A stretch of DNA of 29,978 bases from Gammaproteobacteria bacterium (GTDB taxonomy: Bacteria > Pseudomonadota > Gammaproteobacteria > Pseudomonadales > Azotimanducaceae), in contig JAPPHP010000410.1 in the NCBI GenBank assembly GCA_028821035.1, positions 1-29,978 on the forward strand, given 5' to 3'. Shown here piece after piece: positions 18,127-26,252 of this stretch (positions are counted from its first letter, which is position 1; every line of letters starts with the position of its first letter). The notes under the pieces were generated by a model, which worked only from the letters and a program-made list of their open reading frames with translations, was not told where the DNA came from and did not search any database. Made by a program: the position numbers and the translations under genes.

Positions 18127-19551
18127 ATGGCGCCAGCCACCGCCGCCGCATTCATCGCCTACTTCGTCGTGATCGCCGGCATCGGCTACGCGTCTCTCAA
18201 GCGCACCCACGGACTCGACGACTACGCCATCGGGGGACGGTCCCTGAAGGCCCCCGTGGCCGCGCTTTCCGCCGGCGCCTCCGACATGAGCGGCTGGCTG
18301 CTGCTCGGGCTGCCCGGCGCCGTGTACGCCCTTGGGCTCTCGCAGTCGTGGATCGTGATCGGCCTGGTGGCCGGGGCCTGGTGCAACTGGAAGTGGGTCG
18401 CGCCGCGCCTCCGCCATGCCAGCGCGGCCCTCGACGGAGCGCGCTCCCTCCCCCAACTCTTCGCGCGCCGCATGGGGGGAGACCGGCGGGCCCTGACCGT
18501 CGTCGCCACCCTCGTCGTCCTCGGGTTCTTCACGCTCTACACCGCCGCGGGGTTCGTGGCCGGGGCCAAGCTCTTCTCCACCACCCTCGGGCTCGACTAC
18601 GCGACGGCGCTGTGGCTCGGCGTCGCGGCCATCATGCTGTACACGGCGGTCGGCGGATTCCTGGCCGTGTCCTGGACGGACTTCTTCCAGGCGCTCCTGA
18701 TGATGGGGGCGCTGACGGTCGTCGCGGTTCTCGCGTTCGCCGAGCTTCCCGCCGAGCGAGCCGACATCGCTATCGGCGCGATCGCCCCCGTCGGGGCGGT
18801 GTCGCTGGCCGCATGGGGCCTCGGCTACTTCGGTCAGCCCCACGTGCTGGCCCGCTTCATGGCCATCGAGTCTGTTGCCGCCGTACCGCGGGCGCGGCGC
18901 ATCTGCATGAGCTGGATGGTCGTATCGAGCGCCGGGGCGCTCGCGGTCGGTGTCCTCGGCGCTCCGTACTTCGCCGCGACCGGAACGGGGCTCGCCGACC
19001 CGGAGACCGTATTCATCGCGCTCTGCCAGGCGCTGTTGCACCCGGCGGTCGCGGGCTTCGCCGTCGCCGCCATCCTTGCCGCGGTGATGAGCACGGTGGA
19101 CTCGCAGCTCCTCGTCACGGCCACGGCGTTGGTCGACGATCTCCCGCGGATCTGGAAGCGCGTTCCGTCGGAACGGCAACTCCTGGTCGCGAGCCGACTC
19201 ACGGTCGTGGCCGTCGCGGCGGCTGCCGGCACGGTGGCGACCGATCCAGACAGCCAGGTCCTCGGCCTGGTGGCCTACGCGTGGGCCGGGCTCGGAGCGA
19301 GCTTCGGTCCCGCGCTCCTGTTCACCCTGTTCTGGCGGCGGACCAGCGCAAACGGGCTGATCGCGGGGATGGTGGTCGGCGCCACCACGGTCGTGGGTTG
19401 GCGCGGGCTCGAAGGCGGCGTCTTCGACCTCTACGAACTGCTGCCGGCCTTCCTGGCGGCGTGCCTCGCGATCTGGGTCATCAGCCTGGTCGAATCCGGC
19501 GACCCCGCTTCGGAGCGCGCCTTCGACCGCTCGCTCGCGTCGGCCGGGTGA
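18127..19551 (+). CDS. putP: Sodium/proline symporter
   Basis: DYAIGGRSL, ALSAGASDMSGWLLLGLPG, WTDFFQ, WGLGYFGQPHVLARFMAI, ILAAVMSTVDSQLL, YAWAGLGASFGP. Confidence 0.9.
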   Translation: MAPATAAAFIAYFVVIAGIGYASLKRTHGLDDYAIGGRSLKAPVAALSAGASDMSGWLLLGLPGAVYALGLSQSWIVIGLVAGAWCNWKWVAPRLRHASAALDGARSLPQLFARRMGGDRRALTVVATLVVLGFFTLYTAAGFVAGAKLFSTTLGLDYATALWLGVAAIMLYTAVGGFLAVSWTDFFQALLMMGALTVVAVLAFAELPAERADIAIGAIAPVGAVSLAAWGLGYFGQPHVLARFMAIESVAAVPRARRICMSWMVVSSAGALAVGVLGAPYFAATGTGLADPETVFIALCQALLHPAVAGFAVAAILAAVMSTVDSQLLVTATALVDDLPRIWKRVPSERQLLVASRLTVVAVAAAAGTVATDPDSQVLGLVAYAWAGLGASFGPALLFTLFWRRTSANGLIAGMVVGATTVVGWRGLEGGVFDLYELLPAFLAACLAIWVISLVESGDPASERAFDRSLASAG

Positions 19552-19567
19552 CGCCGTACCGGCGCGG

Positions 19568-19957
19568 TCAGGAGCGCCGGTGGATGGGAACTACGTTGTC
19601 CCCGCGTCGTACGTAGACCTCCCGGTCCCGACCCGGTCCATGCACGCCGATCGAACCGGGCCCGAAGACGCGCAGTTCGTACTCGACCGGATCGTCTCGG
19701 TCGTCCCGCGCCATGACGAGATTGCGCCCCGCGATCCGCCACTCCCCTTCCTCCACGTCCCCGCCGCTACGGGCGACGTAGTGACCCTGCTCGTTCCCGC
19801 CGGAGAACTCGAGCACCACCGGGGACGTGGCGTCCTCGAGGTCCCAGATTCCCGGCAGGTGGAGTTCGGCGAGCCATTGACGCCGGCTCGTGCGCGCGCG
19901 CATGAGCCAGATGCCGAGCACCGCCATCGCCGCGATGCCGGCGGCCAGGAAGATCAC
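19568..19957 (-). CDS. Hypothetical protein with N-terminal membrane anchor (129 aa)
   Basis: GTG start overlapping the DUF503 stop (GTGA), hydrophobic N-terminus, beta-rich body (GIWDL...VVLEF...GEWRI), ends DNVVPIHRRS. Confidence 0.7.
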   Translation of the reverse strand: MIFLAAGIAAMAVLGIWLMRARTSRRQWLAELHLPGIWDLEDATSPVVLEFSGGNEQGHYVARSGGDVEEGEWRIAGRNLVMARDDRDDPVEYELRVFGPGSIGVHGPGRDREVYVRRGDNVVPIHRRS

Positions 19958-20238
19958 GACAGCACTTCCCGGTCGACCCCGACGACGATCGCGTCGAGGC
20001 GCTCGTCCACCCACCGCTCGACGTCGCCCAGCATGCGCTCCACCACGGTCGCGCTGGAGGCCACCGCCACCACGGACCAGCGCGCGCGCTGGTGCACGTC
20101 CTGGTGCCCGCTCTCGCAGACCGCCAGGTTCGGGATGCGCCCGAACTTGTCGCGCAGGCGCTGGAGCCGCCGGCGCTTCTCTTTCAGCGACGCGCAGCCG
20201 GGGAGGTGAAAGTCCAGGCCGAGAATGCCGACGTGCAT
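19954..20238 (-). CDS. DUF503 (YlxP-like) protein
   Basis: MHVGIL.LDFHLPGCASLKEKRR...FG...NLAVCE...QD.HQRA. Confidence 0.88.
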   Translation of the reverse strand: MHVGILGLDFHLPGCASLKEKRRRLQRLRDKFGRIPNLAVCESGHQDVHQRARWSVVAVASSATVVERMLGDVERWVDERLDAIVVGVDREVLS

Positions 20239-20240
20239 GG

Positions 20241-20762
20241 CTACCGCTCCGCGAATTCCGCCGCCGTGATCGCGTAGAAGACCGTGTCGAGGCCACGCCA
20301 CACCTTGCGCTCCTCGAAGGACATCCCGAGACGCTGCAACACCCGGACCGCACGCTGATTCGGGGTGTCGGTCGAGGCGATCACGCGTTCCATCCCGCAC
20401 CCGTCGAATCCGTGGCGCAGCACCGCGAGCGCCGCTTCCGTGACGAACCCCTCGCCCCAGTACTCGGGAAGGATGCCATAGAGCAGCTCGATGTCCTCGC
20501 CGTCCTCGAAACGGCGAAAGCCGCAGAACCCTACGATCACGGGCTCAGTCGCCTTGAGGTCCAGGGAGAAGAATCCCCAGCCGTGCTCCGCGAAGTCGCG
20601 GACGCTCTGCTCGATGATCGCCCGCACGGTGTCCAGCGGGAGGACGCGGTCGTCCCACAGGTAGCGCCGCACTTCGGCGTTCGCCCAGAACGCATGGAGC
20701 ACTTCCGCGTCTTCCATCGCGAACGGGCGAATGTGCAGCCGATCCGTCGCCAGCGTCGTCAT
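20241..20762 (-). CDS. GNAT N-acetyltransferase, RimJ/RimL-like
   Basis: LATDRLHIRPF, VGFCGF, IELLYGILPEYWGEGFVTEAA, N.RAVRVLQRLGM. Confidence 0.88.
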   Translation of the reverse strand: MTTLATDRLHIRPFAMEDAEVLHAFWANAEVRRYLWDDRVLPLDTVRAIIEQSVRDFAEHGWGFFSLDLKATEPVIVGFCGFRRFEDGEDIELLYGILPEYWGEGFVTEAALAVLRHGFDGCGMERVIASTDTPNQRAVRVLQRLGMSFEERKVWRGLDTVFYAITAAEFAER

Positions 20763-20812
20763 GATGTATCGGCCTGGCCGGGTAGGCGCCTCGGAGCCGC
20801 TCGAGCGCGCGA

Positions 20813-22288
20813 TTAACCGAAGCCGGTCCTGGCCACGTCCCCTGGAATGAGCGGATAGCTGATGCCGGCCCACTTCTGCACCACCCGGATGACCTGGCAG
20901 GCGTACCCGAACTCGTTGTCATACCAGACGTAGAGGACCGCGCGGTTCTTGTCGACGATGGTCGCGCCGCCGTCGATGGTGCAGGCATAGCGCCGCCCGA
21001 CGAAGTCGGAGGACACGATTTCCGGCGAATCGGTGTACTCGATCTGCCGTTGCATGGAGGAGTCGAGCGACATGTGGCGCAGGTACTCGTTGACCTCCGT
21101 CAACGAGGTCTCCCGCTCGAGCGCCAGGTTGAGGATGGCGAGGGATACGTTGGGGGTCGGCACCCGGATCGCGTTGCCGGTGAGCTTGCCCTCGAGTTCC
21201 GGCAGGAGCTTGGCCACGGCCGAGGAGGCGCCGGTCTCCGTGATGACCATGTTGAGGGGGGCGCCGCGGCCGCGCCGGTTCTTCTTGTGGAAGTTGTCCG
21301 TCAGGTTCTGGTCGTTGGTGTAGGCGTGCACCGTCTCCATGTGCCCGTGCTCGATGCCGAACTCGTCGTTCATCGCCTTCATCGCGGGCACGATGGCGTT
21401 CGTGGTGCAGGACGCCGCCGCCAGCAGCCGGTCGTTCTGGTTGATGAGGTGCGAGTTCACGCCCGAGACGATGTCCTTGATCGCGCCCTTCCCCGGGGCG
21501 GTCAGGATCACCCGCGCGACGCCCTTGGCCTGCAGGTGCTGGCCGAGGCCCTTCTCGTCTCGCCAGACGCCGGTGTTGTCGATCACGATGGCGTTCGAGA
21601 TGCCGAGACGCTCGTAGTCGACGGTCGCCGGGTCGTTCGCGTAGATCACCCGGACGACGTTGCCGTTGGCGATGATGCAGCTGTTCTCGTGGTCGACGCG
21701 GATCGTCCCCTGGAAGCCCCCGTGGACGGAGTCCCGGCGCAGCAGGCTCGCGCGCTTGTCGAGGTCGTTGTCGGCCCCCTTGCGCACGACGATGGCGCGC
21801 AGTCGCAACTGGTCGCCGCCGCCGGTCTTCTCGATCAGGAGCCGGGCGAGCAGGCGACCGATCCGGCCGAAGCCGTAGAGCACGATGTCCTGCGGCTGCT
21901 CGAGGGGCGGCACGTGCCGCCCGATGATCTCCGCGCACTCCCGTTCGACGAAGGCGTGCGCCGTGATGCCGCCGTTCGTCTCCGCCTCCTCCATGAAGCG
22001 CACCGTCAGCTTGCCGAGGTCGATGTGCGACGGCCCGAGGTCGAGCCCGGACAGCGCCTCGAGGATCGGGTAGCTCTCGAACTCCGACAGCTCGTTGTGC
22101 GCCACCTGCCGCACGTAGCGGTGCGCCTTCATGAGCTGCGTAACGCTCTGATTGTTCAGCGCTTTCCCGTAACAATAGGTCACGACGTTGTTGCGGTACA
22201 GCCGGCCGATGAGGGGGATCATCGCCTCCGCGAGCGCTTCGCGTTCCTTCCAGTCGGGGAAATAGTCGTCAAGACTTGGTAGTGCCAC
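20813..22288 (-). CDS. gap: Glyceraldehyde-3-phosphate dehydrogenase, long form with N-terminal extension
   Basis: LYGFGRIGRL, catalytic ASCTTNAI, TVHAYTNDQ, LTGNAIRVPTPNVS, YVWYDNEFGY. W..RE.LAE.MIP N-extension typical of long-form GAPDH. GTG start at 22288 is tentative. Confidence 0.93.
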   Translation of the reverse strand: MALPSLDDYFPDWKEREALAEAMIPLIGRLYRNNVVTYCYGKALNNQSVTQLMKAHRYVRQVAHNELSEFESYPILEALSGLDLGPSHIDLGKLTVRFMEEAETNGGITAHAFVERECAEIIGRHVPPLEQPQDIVLYGFGRIGRLLARLLIEKTGGGDQLRLRAIVVRKGADNDLDKRASLLRRDSVHGGFQGTIRVDHENSCIIANGNVVRVIYANDPATVDYERLGISNAIVIDNTGVWRDEKGLGQHLQAKGVARVILTAPGKGAIKDIVSGVNSHLINQNDRLLAAASCTTNAIVPAMKAMNDEFGIEHGHMETVHAYTNDQNLTDNFHKKNRRGRGAPLNMVITETGASSAVAKLLPELEGKLTGNAIRVPTPNVSLAILNLALERETSLTEVNEYLRHMSLDSSMQRQIEYTDSPEIVSSDFVGRRYACTIDGGATIVDKNRAVLYVWYDNEFGYACQVIRVVQKWAGISYPLIPGDVARTGFG

Positions 22289-22327
22289 GTCAGTCGGTTC
22301 GTCGCAAGGAGATTGAGGGAGGCGCGT

Positions 22328-22357
22328 ATTATCGGAGACTGACGTTGTGGCCGGCAA
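22328..22357 (-). promoter_or_regulatory. Possible sigma70 promoter for gap
   Basis: Minus strand TTGCCG (22352-22357), 18 bp, GATAAT (22328-22333). Confidence 0.35.
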
Positions 22358-22361
22358 CCCG

Positions 22362-22405
22362 CGCGACCCTTCGGGTCGCGTTCGAGTTTCGCTTTGCGAA
22401 ACTCG
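22362..22405. other. Two adjacent perfect inverted repeats (hairpins)
   Basis: CGCGACCC-TTC-GGGTCGCG (22362-22380) and CGAGTTTCGC-TTT-GCGAAACTCG (22383-22405). No U-tract on the minus (sense) strand. Confidence 0.75.
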
Positions 22406-22444
22406 TGGCGAATCGATCGACCTGACGGGAACGGTGTCCGCCGG

Positions 22445-23398
22445 TCATCCAGGCGGGGCGAAACCGGCGGCTTCGTAGGCCCGGAGCGTCAGCAGCGCGT
22501 CGATCGTGACGCGGCCGCGCCATTCGAGTTCCACGCCGGGGCCGATGGGCGGCCACTTGATGGGCCACCCGCCATCTTCCCCCTGGCGGGACCGCAGGTC
22601 GGCGAGACCGGCGGACAGTTCCTCGCGCTCGAACAGGCGATAGCCAAAGCCGGTCGGGACCGGCGCCCAGTCGAGCGGCGGGTGGACGTAGCCGGGGGCG
22701 GCGAGGTCGCGTTCGATCTCGGACGACGACAGCAGGTAGTCTCGCAAGATCGCAAGCCACGACTCGGCCCGCGAGCGGTCCTCGGCCTGTTCCAGGAACG
22801 CGATCGCGCAGCGCAGGTCGTCGAATCCGGTGGGCTGCTCCTCGTCCAGCCGCCTCCAGCAGAACGCGGCGCCCCGCCGCACCCACGGGTGATCCACACC
22901 CCATTTCGTCAGCGTCGCGACGATCGCGCCGGTCGGGTTGATCCAGGGTGGCGGGTCGGGGTCTGTCCGCCACCACGGCGCATGCGGGTAGGCATTCACG
23001 CTCGGCAACGCGAACGGGAGCCCGCCCGACGCGTCCGCGTTCCGGTCCAGCCAGTCGCACAGCTCGTGGACCATCGGGTCGTCCGGGCACTCGATCAGGT
23101 CCAGGATCTCCAGCGCGACCTCGGCGTCCACCGGCTGGCTCTCGGGACAGCGCTTGTCGGGCTCGAGCGCATTGCCGAAGCCGCCATCCGGATTTCGGTA
23201 GGCGCGCAAGGCATCGAGCACGGACTCCCGCGGGCCGTCCTCGAACAGGCAGGCGAAGAGGCGCCGGTCGAGGAGACGGGCGTTGCGCAGGACGAAGTCG
23301 CGAGCCCCTACGAACCCTTGGGAGTCCCGACTCGGGTCGGTGTGTCCCGCGCTCACGATCCGGATGCCTGCTTCGTCAAGGTGCAGGCAAGCCGGCAT
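22445..23398 (-). CDS. Conserved hypothetical protein, probable alpha/alpha-barrel of terpene cyclase/prenyltransferase-like fold
   Basis: AR.LDRR.F, LRAYRNPDGGFGNALEPD.R.P.SQP, L...QGEDGGWPI.W (QW-like repeats). Start uncertain (23398 or GTG 23356). Confidence 0.7.
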   Translation of the reverse strand: MPACLHLDEAGIRIVSAGHTDPSRDSQGFVGARDFVLRNARLLDRRLFACLFEDGPRESVLDALRAYRNPDGGFGNALEPDKRCPESQPVDAEVALEILDLIECPDDPMVHELCDWLDRNADASGGLPFALPSVNAYPHAPWWRTDPDPPPWINPTGAIVATLTKWGVDHPWVRRGAAFCWRRLDEEQPTGFDDLRCAIAFLEQAEDRSRAESWLAILRDYLLSSSEIERDLAAPGYVHPPLDWAPVPTGFGYRLFEREELSAGLADLRSRQGEDGGWPIKWPPIGPGVELEWRGRVTIDALLTLRAYEAAGFAPPG

Positions 23399-23662
23399 TC
23401 ACGCGTCGGGTCGTTCATCGCCGGGTTGCGGCGACACATCCGGCGCGCGCTCGAGATGGCGCTTCAAGTCACCAGGCGTAGACCTCGCGCCACGGCGCTC
23501 GAAGTAGTCCGCCGCTGTCTCCACGGCCCCGATCTTTTGCGTCACCGCCGTGGCAATCCACTGGTTGAGCGAGACGCCCTCGTCTTTCGCCAGACGCGCG
23601 GCTGTCTCCTTCAACGATGCCGGTAGCTTCAGCGGATACTTGTAACGGGTGGTTTCGCTCAC
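23399..23662 (-). CDS. RHH-type antitoxin (HicB-like/YlcI-type) of a PIN-toxin TA pair
   Basis: YPLKLPASLKETAARLAKDEGVSLNQWIATAVTQKI...L.RAPDV.P.PGDE. GTG start overlaps the TGA of the upstream PIN fragment. Confidence 0.85.
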   Translation of the reverse strand: MSETTRYKYPLKLPASLKETAARLAKDEGVSLNQWIATAVTQKIGAVETAADYFERRGARSTPGDLKRHLERAPDVSPQPGDERPDA

Positions 23663-23820
23663 GTTCGTAGCCTCCTCAAGACCTCCCTCGGAGTCGCGAC
23701 CGCTACACCAATGTCGATGGCAGCCGCAAAGCCCTTCAGGTTGCGGGTGACTACGCAGTCAGCATCGCCGTTCGTCGCGACTTCAAGCACCATTTCGTCA
23801 TTCGCGTCTCGTAGAGTCGG
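23659..23820 (-). pseudogene. 3' fragment of a PIN-domain toxin gene (N-terminal half missing)
   Basis: Manual translation PTLRDANDEMVLEVATNGDADCVVTRNLKGFAAAIDIGVAVATPREVLRRLRT* matches the PIN C-terminal pattern (LRD.DDEMVLE.A..G.AD..VT.N...F...TP.E.L). Frame closed upstream by TGA at 23881-23883, no DTNV motif. Absent from the ORF track. Confidence 0.85.
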
Positions 23821-23867
23821 ATCGTCCGCGCTATCGAGATGGCTGCAACGACCGGCGGGCGGACTTC

Positions 23868-26105
23868 TCAGAACGAGAAGTCAAGCGTCACGCCATAGGT
23901 CCTGGGCTGCTGGTACTGCGCCCTGTTCGTGCCAAAGGGAAGAAACGCGGCACCGAACGCCCGGTACACCTCGCTGTCATCGTCCGTCAGATTCTTCGCC
24001 CACAGCGAGATGCCCCAACTATCGGACGCTGGCCGATAGCCTACGCGAGCTCCAAGCAAGGCCTGGGACGGCAGGACATCGTCGGGATGGTTGTGGAAGG
24101 AGCCGTCCGAGAAACGCTCGTCCACGTAGCTCAGATCAAGCCGGGAGGTCAGCGTACCGCCCATCAGCGCTCTCGTGTGCTGAGCGGATACGTTAACGGT
24201 CCACTCTGGCGCGAGAGGCAGGGTCTTGCCTCCGGCATCAAAGAACCCACCCCTGCGCTGGTCTTCGACATCCGACAGCTTGTCATAGACCGTATCCATG
24301 TAGCCGATCCCGGCGGTGAATCGAAGCCCTTCCGTTGGCAGCGCGACCAGCTCGAGTTCGAAACCTTCGCCTTCGGCCGTCCCGGCGTTGGACAGGAATC
24401 GGAGCGGGATACCACCGGGTCCGCAGTTCACGCAACCCAGGCGAACCTGCAGATCATCGTAGTCCATGCGGAACAGTGCGAAGTTCAGGACGAGCCGGTT
24501 GTCCAGCCAGCTCGACTTCATGCCGAGTTCATAGCTCGTGACTTCCTCGTGGTCGGTGATCAGGTTGTTTGCCGCGAAGTCCGCGATGGGGTCAGGGGTG
24601 TTGTTGAACGCACCGGACTTCACGCCCGTTCCGATACTGCCATAGATCATGACATCGTCCGTGATCTGATAACGCATACCCGCGGTCCAGGTCCATTCCT
24701 CCAGTACGACATCGACGGGAGCGTCAGTTGTCTCGGTAAGGGCAGGATTACCCAAGATGATGCACGTGATGGGGTTGGCGCATGAGGAAGGGTGCGTCTG
24801 CTGTTCCTTTATCTCATCGGTGTAGCGCAAACCACCGAAAAGCACCATCCGGTCGCTCAGGTCAAGATTGGCGTGGAGGAAACCGGCCCAGCTTCTACGG
24901 TCCAGCGTATTGCCGCCCCGCGCGATACTCGAATTGCGTACCGGCGGGAAGGGGAACCCGCTGCCGAGAAAGATCACGTCATTGACCGCGCCCTCGTCAT
25001 CGTCGTAGTAGAAACCCGCGACAAAGTCATAGCTGCGGTCTGTCGGCGACGCGATCCGCAGTTCCTGGCTGAACTGTTCGGTGCCAACGAACGATGTGAT
25101 ACCGACGACCGGGTTGGGCGTGGCCTCGACGTCGGCACCGAAGGTCAGCTCGTCGCCCAGTAAAGCCGTTGTGGACGTAAGCGTATAGCCATTCTCGAAC
25201 TCATGCTCGATCGTCACCGATGCGTTGGACAACTCTATCTTCGATGTGTTCTCCGTATCGTTCGTCGTGGTGTAGGCCCGATCATCCGCCGCGGGTCCAT
25301 CGACATGCTCGAAAAAGTAGTCGTCGGAATCCGAATCGTAGGCGCTCACGGAGAGGTCGATCGTGGTTTGAGCGCTCGGCGTGTATCGCACCTGAAAGCG
25401 GGCGCTGGTCTTCTCCTTGCCACCGAGCTTGTCGCTACCCGTCGTCACGTTGTCCGCATATCCGTCGATCTCGTAGCTTTCCGCAAACAGCTTCACCGCG
25501 AGAGTGTTTTCAAGAAGGGGAATGTTCACGCTGCCGCGGGCATGGACCAGGTTTCGGTTGCCGGCGTCGACGGACAAGTCTCCGAAAAAGTCCTCCGTGG
25601 TCGGCTTCTTGCTCGTGATGTTGATTGCGCCGCTGATCGTGTTGCGACCGAACAGCGTGCCCTGCGGACCCCGCAGGACCTCCACCCGCTCTATGTCACC
25701 CATGTTCGGGTTGGCGTTGAACTGACGTGAATGGAACACACCATCCACGTACACGCCTACGCTCGAATCGAAACCCAAGGCCGACGGTTCCGTACGGGTG
25801 TATATGCCGCGAATCGAGATGAACGACAGTCCCTGGTTGACCGACTCGGCGAATACGAAGTTGGGAACCTGACTTGACAGATCCTTCAGATCCAGCGAGC
25901 CGGTGGCAGCGATGTCTTCGGCCGTCACCGCGGAAATCGAGATAGGTACGTCCTGCAACGACTCGGCGCGCCGGGTCGCGGTGACGACAATCTCCTCAAT
26001 CGCCAGCGCGGACGCACCTTCCTGGGCGAACGAAGTGACGGGCAGCGCCAGAGAGACTGCGAACAGGGCAACGCCAGCCCCACGGAAAAATCGAGGCCGG
26101 TACAT
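23868..26105 (-). CDS. TonB-dependent receptor
   Basis: Signal peptide, IEEIVVTATRRAESLQDVPISISA, GVYVDGV, ERVEVLRGPQGTLFGRNTISGAINI plug, C-terminal QQPRTYGVTLDFSF. Lower GC than flanks. Confidence 0.95.
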   Translation of the reverse strand: MYRPRFFRGAGVALFAVSLALPVTSFAQEGASALAIEEIVVTATRRAESLQDVPISISAVTAEDIAATGSLDLKDLSSQVPNFVFAESVNQGLSFISIRGIYTRTEPSALGFDSSVGVYVDGVFHSRQFNANPNMGDIERVEVLRGPQGTLFGRNTISGAINITSKKPTTEDFFGDLSVDAGNRNLVHARGSVNIPLLENTLAVKLFAESYEIDGYADNVTTGSDKLGGKEKTSARFQVRYTPSAQTTIDLSVSAYDSDSDDYFFEHVDGPAADDRAYTTTNDTENTSKIELSNASVTIEHEFENGYTLTSTTALLGDELTFGADVEATPNPVVGITSFVGTEQFSQELRIASPTDRSYDFVAGFYYDDDEGAVNDVIFLGSGFPFPPVRNSSIARGGNTLDRRSWAGFLHANLDLSDRMVLFGGLRYTDEIKEQQTHPSSCANPITCIILGNPALTETTDAPVDVVLEEWTWTAGMRYQITDDVMIYGSIGTGVKSGAFNNTPDPIADFAANNLITDHEEVTSYELGMKSSWLDNRLVLNFALFRMDYDDLQVRLGCVNCGPGGIPLRFLSNAGTAEGEGFELELVALPTEGLRFTAGIGYMDTVYDKLSDVEDQRRGGFFDAGGKTLPLAPEWTVNVSAQHTRALMGGTLTSRLDLSYVDERFSDGSFHNHPDDVLPSQALLGARVGYRPASDSWGISLWAKNLTDDDSEVYRAFGAAFLPFGTNRAQYQQPRTYGVTLDFSF

Positions 26106-26252
26106 GGCTTTTGCCCAATAGATTAGTCGGGTCAGTATTGCACACGCCTTGCCGGAAGTCAGGCGTTCAAGGTCGGTGTGGCTGGACCGGGCGGGCCATG
26201 AGGCGCTCGCACGAAGCGCAGCACCCGCCCAGGGGCGATGACGCTGGTAGCG

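Noticed and set aside
17119-19179. 686-aa ATPase ORF and 717-aa putP ORF (17398-19551) as apparent fusions or long overlaps
   Set aside because: Each extension is the antisense shadow of the other gene. The real genes diverge from 18049-18126.
20813-22288. GAPDH with a long N-terminal extension and ASCTTNAI active site
   Set aside because: This is a known long-form GAPDH class, not novel.
26106-26252. AT-richer spacer upstream of the TonB receptor examined for a Fur box or sigma70 promoter
   Set aside because: No GATAATGATAATCATTATC-like palindrome and no properly spaced -35/-10 pair found.
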